Source of the DNA: Eledone cirrhosa
Lineage: Eukaryota
Direction: 5' to 3'
NCBI GenBank assembly: GCA_964016885.1
Contig: OZ024742.1
Span: forward strand, 249,488,001-249,552,000
Length of the DNA: 64,000 nt
Both the position numbers and the translations under genes were made by a program. Shown here one piece after another: positions 55,791 through 64,000 of this stretch (positions are counted from its first letter, which is position 1; each line of letters starts with the position of its first letter). The notes under the pieces are model-generated. The model saw only the letters and a program-made list of their open reading frames with translations. It did no database searches and had not been told where the DNA came from.

Positions 55791-55851
55791 GGATCTGAGT
55801 GTTGACCAGGAAATTTTATATAGGGGTAAGCTGGAGAGATATGTGTGTGTG

Positions 55852-55941
<90 letters not shown>

Positions 55942-57180
55942 GACGTTGGGCGTTGTTTGTTTGTTTGTTTGGTGTCCCGAACTTGCACGCTACACCGTTC
56001 ATCCGATTTTCATGAAACTTGACACATATATAAAAATCGACGCTTAGATTGGAATATGCTACGTGAAATTGTCCAACAATCGATAATCGGTGCCCCAGAA
56101 GCCAAAAATCGATATTTTCAAAAATCATCTGATTTCGATGAAACTAGATGTAAGTGTGTATTGTGATGCGGGGATGAACGTGGGCTACATTAAATTTTCG
56201 AGTAATCGATAATTGTCTCACCAGGGGCAAAAATCGATATTTACGAAATTTGTCCGATTCGAATAAAATTTGACGAAGGTATGTATTTTGATGCGGGGAT
56301 CATTTTGATGCGGGGATCATGTTAAATTTTAAAAAAATCGATAATCGGACCCCCAGAGGCAAAAATTGATATTTTCAGAATTCGTCTGATTTCAATGAAA
56401 TTTGATATTACCACAATAATAGATCCATTAGGAGTTACTCCAAGGCTGCAAAAATTCAGAAAGTTTTTTTAAACTCATAAATCATGCGTTAATATTGGCG
56501 CAATATTGTTGAAATATGCTAATCTACGCCTTTCTTTATGGGAAAATGAAAGACTTTACAAACAGATATTCAGGGTTCTTTGAGAAGAATTCTTAATTCT
56601 TAAATAATTGTAGAGTCAACAAAATATATGACAGAATGTTTTTCATATTTTATTCAAAATCTTTCGATTTCAATGAAATTTAATGTGTATGTATTCGAAC
56701 ACAATAACTTTTAGTTTACACCTGGCGCAATCAAAATCAATTTCATATGCCCATATAAGCACGCACACACTGTGACTCACGCGCATTATTGATTGGACGG
56801 CCTGTCTATACCACGAGCAGTATGTTTGCTCAACGATAGATACACAAACAAGTATGCACGCACGGGCGAACCGCCTTTTTCTCTTTGTGTGTATCCGCTT
56901 TTTGTGAACAAAAATAAATCCGGCCGTCTCACTAAACGGACCTTTACAGAATTTGCCCACTTCCTTATCGGTGAGTTAGTGTTTATTCATTTAGACTACT
57001 TGCATGCCATTTCAATTAAATTTAATTCATTTTTCGCCTTCCTTAAATTTAAAAACCCCCATTGGGACTAGGGTTTGTTGACATCTTAGCGTTAAACTTT
57101 TCATATTCCCGCTTATTCAAGTGCAAATACAGTATTATCCCTATCTGAAAGGAAACCAAATTTAATGGTGTCTTTTGTGA

Positions 57181-57439
57181 TACCGTATTTTCCGCTCTAT
57201 AAGGCTCACCGAGATATAAGGCGTATCATTTAAAATCAGGTCCGCGCAACGGCGTGTAAGGCCAACCAGGAAAATGCTATCTTCTTTACTTTTAGTCTAG
57301 ATCTATTACTTCTGTTAGAGCCGTGATTGATTACCATTGTATTATTTATACATAAGGCTCGCCGGAGTATAAAGCGCAGAGCTGGTTTTGATGAAATTTA
57401 GGTATTTTAAGTGCACTTTATAGGCCGGAAAATTGTGTA
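57181..57439. mobile_element. pogo/Tc2-like MITE nested in the Helitron
   Basis: Imperfect TIRs (ta)ccgtattttccg.ctataag and tttataggccggaaaattgtg(ta); internal repeats of ataaggc.cacc. Confidence 0.6.
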
Positions 57440-57561
57440 AGCTATTATAATGGTATTTCCAAACCTTCCCATTCACCAGTAACCATGCTACCGAATCTGG
57501 TGTCACCTCTCTCTGTACTTAATCACCCCTCTCTAACCTAACAGCTTCGTCACACGTCGTT

Positions 57562-58712
57562 ATGCCCACACGGAAACGTTCAAGACTTACCTCCAAAAAA
57601 GATACAGCTATTGCTTTGAGACGACGAATTAGGCGTTCTCAGGTATGCGTTCATTCACAATTGGTTAATCCTTTATGCAATATTCTCCCTTAATGTTAGC
57701 AAGCACTGCGTTTATCCTGTCACCACTTTTAAGCAACTACAACATTCTAATCATAGTTATATTAAATTTATTGTCTTACCTTGATTCCCTTTTGTTCATA
57801 TTACACTTTTCTCATTTACTATTGGCAAAGTGCCTTTGGCTTAGCTAACCAGTAGCATTAATTAACTTTCTCTAGGAAACACCTGCTGAGCGCGTATCAC
57901 GACTCGCTGATAGACGTCTTTCCCGGCTGGTTAAGTCACCAACATCCCGTACGACAAGGCTTGCTGATGTTCGCCTTCGTCGCCAACAAGCGCTTGCGGA
58001 GGAGTCACTAACATTCCGTACGATGAGGCTTGCTGGTGTTCGCCATCGTAGCCAACAAGCACCGGCGGAGGAGTCACCAACATCCCGCACCACGCGGCTT
58101 GCTTGCGTTCGCCTCCGTCACCAACAAGCGCTTGCAGAGGAGTCACCAACATCCCGTACGACGCGGCTTGCTGGCGTTCGCCTTCGTCACCAACAAGCGC
58201 TTGCAGAGGTGTCAACAACATCCCGTCAGACGAGGCTTGCTTAGGTTCGCCTTCGTCGTCAACAAGCGCTTGCAGAGGAGTCCACGGCAGACAGAGACAA
58301 CAGGCTTGCTGCTAAGCGTTCCCGGCATACATTAGATACTGATTCCAAGAGCTCAGGCTGGGTAAAAGCAGCTTTCAGATATAACCCATCTGAGGATTAC
58401 GGACTTCTGCCTACAGTTTCCATTGGCAAAATGGATAATGTCTGTATATCCTGCAAGGCAATGAAGTGGCCAGGCGAGGCGCCTTCTATGTGCTGTGCAG
58501 GAGTTAAGGTGCAACTAGAGGCATTGGCTGACCCGCCAGACGTTCTTCTGAATATACTCATAGGTGACGACACTGCGGATACAACGTTCCGCCGTATCAT
58601 GTGGAAATACAACTCCTGTTTCATGATGACCTCCTTTGGTGTAGACAATAACAACACCAACAACAGTGTCAACCCCAACAACAACGTTGCACCTGTGATG
58701 CGCCGGAAGTAA
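57562..58712 (+). pseudogene. Two-exon Helitron RepHel N-terminus: basic leader, STPR-like 23-aa repeats, Cys zinc-finger region
   Basis: Exon 1 57562-57642 (MPTRKRS...RRSQ|gt), intron to ag at 57874-57875, exon 2 in frame: ETPAERVSRL...(ESPTSRTTRLA...)n...AFRYNPSEDY...IGKMDNVCISCKAMKWPGEAPSMCC...YNSCFMMTSFG. One TAG at 58242. Confidence 0.85.
57933..58310 (+). repeat. 69-bp coding tandem repeat, about 5.5 copies
   Basis: agtcacc/taac units at 57933, 58002, 58071, 58140, 58209 and 58278. Confidence 0.92.
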
Positions 58713-60088
58713 CTTTCACACATTTTAACAATAGAGGAAAGGTCGACTTACACGCGGGAAACGCCGGGTACTTCTGCTAGTATAGTATAAATCGATGTTA
58801 TAGCCACAGTCGAACCGTTATCAATATAATTGTTTGAGGCGCTCACAAAACAGTCGATGTTGCGAAATGTTAATACATTTTTCCTCCAGAGTAAACGCAA
58901 AGTTAAGAAAGTTTGGCACCATGAATAAAATGATTAGGTGTACGCAGCCATAGTGTATAGCCACAACAACGATAAATACAAACCAACCTGGACGATCTCG
59001 AATAGATAAGAATCGATAAAAATCAATAAAGATCTTCCATAGCTTTCTGGCATCAGTGGAAGGTGCATCACACGTTGCATAATACATGTCTACGTCATAA
59101 GAGCATCAAGCTATTTTTCAACGATGGAACTGGAGATCCTTTCCTCAGCAGGTGTTTGTTCATTAATACCTGACTTAGTTCTATCGTAGTTAAACAAAGT
59201 AGCATTATACGGTAGAAGTAAATACTGCTATGTCATCACGTGACCTCTCTCAGTAGAGCGAAGTCATTTGGCCGAACTTTAAGCGTTACTTCAAGGTGTG
59301 AACAAAGAGAATTTTACAGCATCAAAGAGAATTTTACAGCATCAACTAGAATTTGTAACCAGAAAATAACCAATATATAATGAAATATATAAAACGAGAA
59401 GAATATAATATTTGCTATAAATTGAAGTTGTAGCCGCAGTAGAACAGATACCACTTGAATTGTTTGAGATGGTCGAGATGGTCACAGAACACTCAATTGC
59501 GCGAAAAGTTAATATATTGTGTCTAGTTTGTACCATAATACCAGATATTACTTTTCAATCCACCGTTCTAATTCTCAGTTTATGTTTTCTGGAAGAAAAT
59601 TCCATGTAGCATATAACAGCCTACGTGCTAACCTTGGGGCAATATGACTTCTATAATTTACCTAACGATACAGGAAACGGATATAGACACAAGGGGCAGA
59701 AATCCTTGTAATTTGAAAAATATAAAATCAACATTCAGCTGCAGTGGTTATCGAATCGCGGGTGGCCTTAGGAAAGAAAAAAATGCTTATATAAATAATA
59801 TACGATATCTCTCTGATATATATAGATTGTAGAAGATGTAAAATTTTAATCAAAGGAATCTGAAAAGAAAGATTTGTTAAAAGAGAGGAGAGGAAGGGAT
59901 GTGGATTAGTGAGTAGCATTGTAGGTAATCGTATTATAAACATGCCGCATGCCTAAAGCAAATAATTATAATTTTACGCTTGAAAATGCACATCGAAATA
60001 TGTTTAAAAAATGCAGATATGTATACATGTATGTATGCATATATATATATATATATATACACACCCGCGAACCCGCACATACACACAA

Positions 60089-60169
<81 letters not shown>

Positions 60170-60183
60170 CACACGCACACACG

Positions 60184-60242
<59 letters not shown>

Positions 60243-60435
60243 ATGTGAAGAGACCACGAGATAAAATGTTACTAGTTAAGACAAGTAAGACCAATTTCCA
60301 ACTAAGTACTCTGTATTTAAGGTAAGTAGACTGTAGTTATTATTATAGGTTAGAATGCCCGACAGTGAAGATTAAACACTTTCGAAGGTTTTGCCATGTA
60401 AACGATGATGCATTTTATCCTGTAATATATTATAT

Positions 60436-60557
<122 letters not shown>

Positions 60558-61249
60558 ACATACATGAATGTATGCATACATTCATCTATACATACTCACA
60601 TACATGCGTGACTATACACTGCATAATATTACGTAACATAAACAATTTATTAGTCGCTGTAGCTTGGGAATTTAAACTTTTGAAGTTTTGAATACTTCTC
60701 CTGGAGGGTCTTTCATAAGAATTAAATCATCTAATTAACTCTTTAGCATTCTCCCTCACCTCGGTGAACGGTTCGTGTTTCTCAACACCAATTTAGGCAG
60801 TCTTAGTCCCACATCTATATTCTCTAAGAAATAATTATTTTAAACGCATTTGAGTTAAATTTTTTTTTGCAGCTTTCGTTCTTGGCGGTGAGGTGTGGGG
60901 AGGGGGACATTTTGCTCCATTACTTTGTTACTATAACCAACAAGCAGGCATGGCTGAGTGCTTAAGAACTTCCCTTCACACATATCAACGTCTGATTTCA
61001 AACCCACAACGTGACATCATTAGAAAGTATTTTTACCATAGCCTTAATCACAGCAGCACTGCAACACCGTCACACCATCACCAGCACCACTACGCCATGA
61101 ACGACCCCATCAATCATTTCTCTTTTCAATATACCAACACCTGCACCTCTACAAAAACTTCACTCTCCTATATATATATATAACGCGAAACTACACCATA
61201 TCTCTACTACATCACCACCATATGGTGATGTAGTAGAGATATGGTATGT

Positions 61250-62490
61250 CAATACCACCATACAACCACGAATAAAACCACCACTGCACCACAACTAACA
61301 CACCACTAACACATAACCACCAAAAGCAACAACAACAATGCACATCATGCCTACCAAAACTACACTGCCACCACTACAAAAACACCCACATCGCCACTAT
61401 CACCACTAAACCACTAACAAATCCCACCCAACCCCACCACCACAAAAAACGCACATCCCCACCATCACCTCACCACCCTTGTGGCCACTACCACCACTAA
61501 ACCACCACCACCACCACGACAAAACCTCTACATCACCACCATCACATCACCACTCTTGTCACCACTACCACCACTAAACCACCACCAAAATCCCCACCAA
61601 CGCCACCACAACTCACCCACATCAGCACTATGACATCACCACCCATGTCGCCAGTACCACCACTACACCACCACCAAAGCGCCACCACAATACCACAAAA
61701 CTCCCCACATCACCACCACCACAAAAATCTCACCATCATAAAAACCTCCACATTACCACCCTTGTCGCTACTACCACCACTAAACCACCACACAAACCTC
61801 TGCCACCACCACCCTAAAAACCTCCACATCACCACACTAGTCACGACTACCACAACTAAACCACCACCAGAAACCCCGCCACATCACCACCCTTGTCACC
61901 ACTACCACCACTAAAGCACGACCAAAATCCACCACACCACCACCACAAAAACTTCAACATCACCACCATCACATCACCGCCGTAGTCAGCACTACCACCA
62001 CTAAAGCACCACCACTTTCATCACATCACCACAACACCAACAGCAATAGTACTACACTACTCATACCACTCAACCTCAACGCAATTCAATCCCACCACCA
62101 CCACCTCCACCACTTTCACCATAACTACCAGCCCCACGCCGCCACCACCACTACCACTACCAACACTATCACCACGACTACCAGATCCACACCACCACCA
62201 CTAACACCACCACCACAACCACCACACCATCACCGCGACCACCATCATCATGCCACCGCACCACATCCATGCCACTATCAACAACACTACCACCACTACA
62301 CCACCACCACCACACCACCACCACCGCCACAACCAGCATCGCGCCACCGTACCACATCCATGCCACTATCAAGAACATCACCGCTGCCACACTAACAATA
62401 GCAACACAACATCCTTACACAGCCACGCCACCAAGAACACCAGACCACTCCAAAAAAACAACCTCCACATCACCAGACCACCACTCCACA
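61250..62490. repeat. Degenerate (ACC)-rich low-complexity/minisatellite region
   Basis: Recurring ccactaccaccactaaaccacc and cacatcaccacc units. Confidence 0.88.
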
Positions 62491-62723
62491 TTCCCCATTA
62501 GTCCACTGTTTTATATTTAAATTCAACCTCCAAGGTCTTTGCTGATATTTATTGTAACTCTAACATTTCATTAGTACATCATTTCAGACACAATTCTTTA
62601 CAAAATATTTTTCCTCGGTATATATCTCAAATATTATTTTACTCGTATAACTTTTTTCTCTAAGTGTTATTTTCACTTCCTCCCTCCCCCCTCTCTCTGT
62701 ATATACGATACACACACACAAAT

Positions 62724-62798
<75 letters not shown>

Positions 62799-62981
62799 CA
62801 TACACGTATGCTTATGTATAAATTTATGTATTTATTTTATGTATATATGTAAAATATATTTCAGGTATCAGCTTTTGAGGGAGCTTCCAGTTTTTTGTAT
62901 TGTAGGTTGGATGTGCATGTGCAAAAATGATATCACAGCTTGCCAGTTTGGTTGTGCTCAGCACAGTATATATATATATAT

Positions 62982-63513
62982 AAACGAAAAAATCAGTGAT
63001 GCATCTAGACTCAGTTTATTGCGTGTTACAATTGTTTTGCCGGCAGATAGCTCGAGACATGATCATTGTATGGATCTGCCTGATTCTATAACTGCGGGTT
63101 CTTCGGACACTTTCAATGCTTTCGGAGAAAATTTTCTCACTGGGGTGTTAGCTTTCAAAAAACACCTTCAAAAAATATCTTCCACTCTTGTCTTGCCATT
63201 GGCTGTTGTTTGTCTACGTCATCATAAATTCTGGTCAATATTTTCTGCCACACTGGTCATCAGCTACTCTCCGTCCGACACACAAAAACAACAGCCAATG
63301 GCAAGACAAGAGTGGAAGATGCTTTTTGAAGGTATTTTTTGAAGCTAACACTCCAGTGAGAAAATTTGCTCCTAAAGCATTGCATGTGTCCGAAGAACCC
63401 GCAGTTATAGAATCAGACAGATACATACAATGATCATGTCTCGAGCTATCTGCCGGCGAAACAATTGTATCACGCAATAAACTGAGTCTAGATGCATCAC
63501 TGATTTTTCGTTT
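62982..63513. mobile_element. Fold-back element (~230 bp arms, ~70 bp loop) with HHR-like halves
   Basis: Arms near-identical. Right arm has tctgccggc-GAAAC-aatt-GTA-...aataaa; the loop carries CTGATGA on the minus strand (63258-63264). Confidence 0.85.
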
Positions 63514-63605
63514 TTTTATATTATATCACACTCTGCTCTGTAAGAACATAGAGTGCTCAACTGGCATACCGCCTATGGAAGCTCCATAGCTACCATTAAA
63601 CACAC

Positions 63606-63684
<79 letters not shown>

Positions 63685-63685
<1 letters not shown>

Positions 63686-63790
63686 TAAAGTTTAAGCAAA
63701 GAATCGCTGCTTTCACCCTTAACGGGATCTACTGAAACTAAAAAAATCAATCCAAGGACGCAGAACTAAATATTTCGAAAAACGTTACAA
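63685..63790 (-). mobile_element. Fragment of the 43896-45441 Helitron family
   Basis: Matches 44993-45090 (aatcgctgctttca..ttaacgggatct..tgaaactaaaaaaatcaatc). Confidence 0.7.
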
Positions 63791-64000
63791 ACGAAGGAAA
63801 ACAGGAAGACGATACTTTGTCGTTATGTGGACCGATGAGAACAATTTCTTGCAAAGAAAAAAAACACGTTTATAGTATAAATGGAGTCGTTAGACTAATA
63901 TTCTATTTAGAAATACCGAATGATTTCCAGCTCCGGAGTTTAAGAATATTGTAAATAAATTTGTAGACCAAAATGACAGAGGTTATTAAAATAGTTATTA

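Larger units (their letters stand above)
55930..58780 (+). mobile_element. Internally deleted Helitron retaining the RepHel N-terminus
   Basis: 5' tatatataaagtgacg..(tttg)n; ~125 bp subrepeats at 55995-56410; 3' cgccggg-tacttctg-CTAG|T at 58777-58780. Confidence 0.8.

Noticed and set aside
62722-63477. Mirror ORFs on both strands
   Set aside because: Consequence of the palindrome; no recognisable domain.

Overview
A eukaryotic, AT-rich, gene-poor window made almost entirely of repeats. The dominant tRNA-derived SINE and the very high (TA)n/(CA)n content suggest a cephalopod (Octopus-like) genome; that is an inference from recalled repeat families. No intact host gene is supported, and nearly all long entries in the ORF track are translated microsatellites. 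Recognisable content: (1) at least eight decayed Penelope-like element (PLE) RT/GIY-YIG segments of several types, the most complete at 51.1-53.8 kb with inverted pseudo-LTRs; (2) about 20 hammerhead-ribozyme (HHR) motifs, intact or degenerate, from many unrelated families, sitting in pseudo-LTRs, in ORF-less fold-back palindromes and in ORF-less ~530-580 bp partial tandem repeats, usually inserted in (TA)n tracts; (3) five Helitrons, one nested pair and one carrying an intron-split STPR-repeat/zinc-finger RepHel N-terminus; (4) two tRNA-SINE families, CRE-like and RTE-like LINE remnants and a pogo-like MITE. The most interesting signal is the ORF-less HHR elements (retrozyme-like candidates), including hammerheads with very large stem II insertions and one family with an extended stem III and possibly permuted topology. 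All structures were read by eye and coordinates may be off by a few bases.
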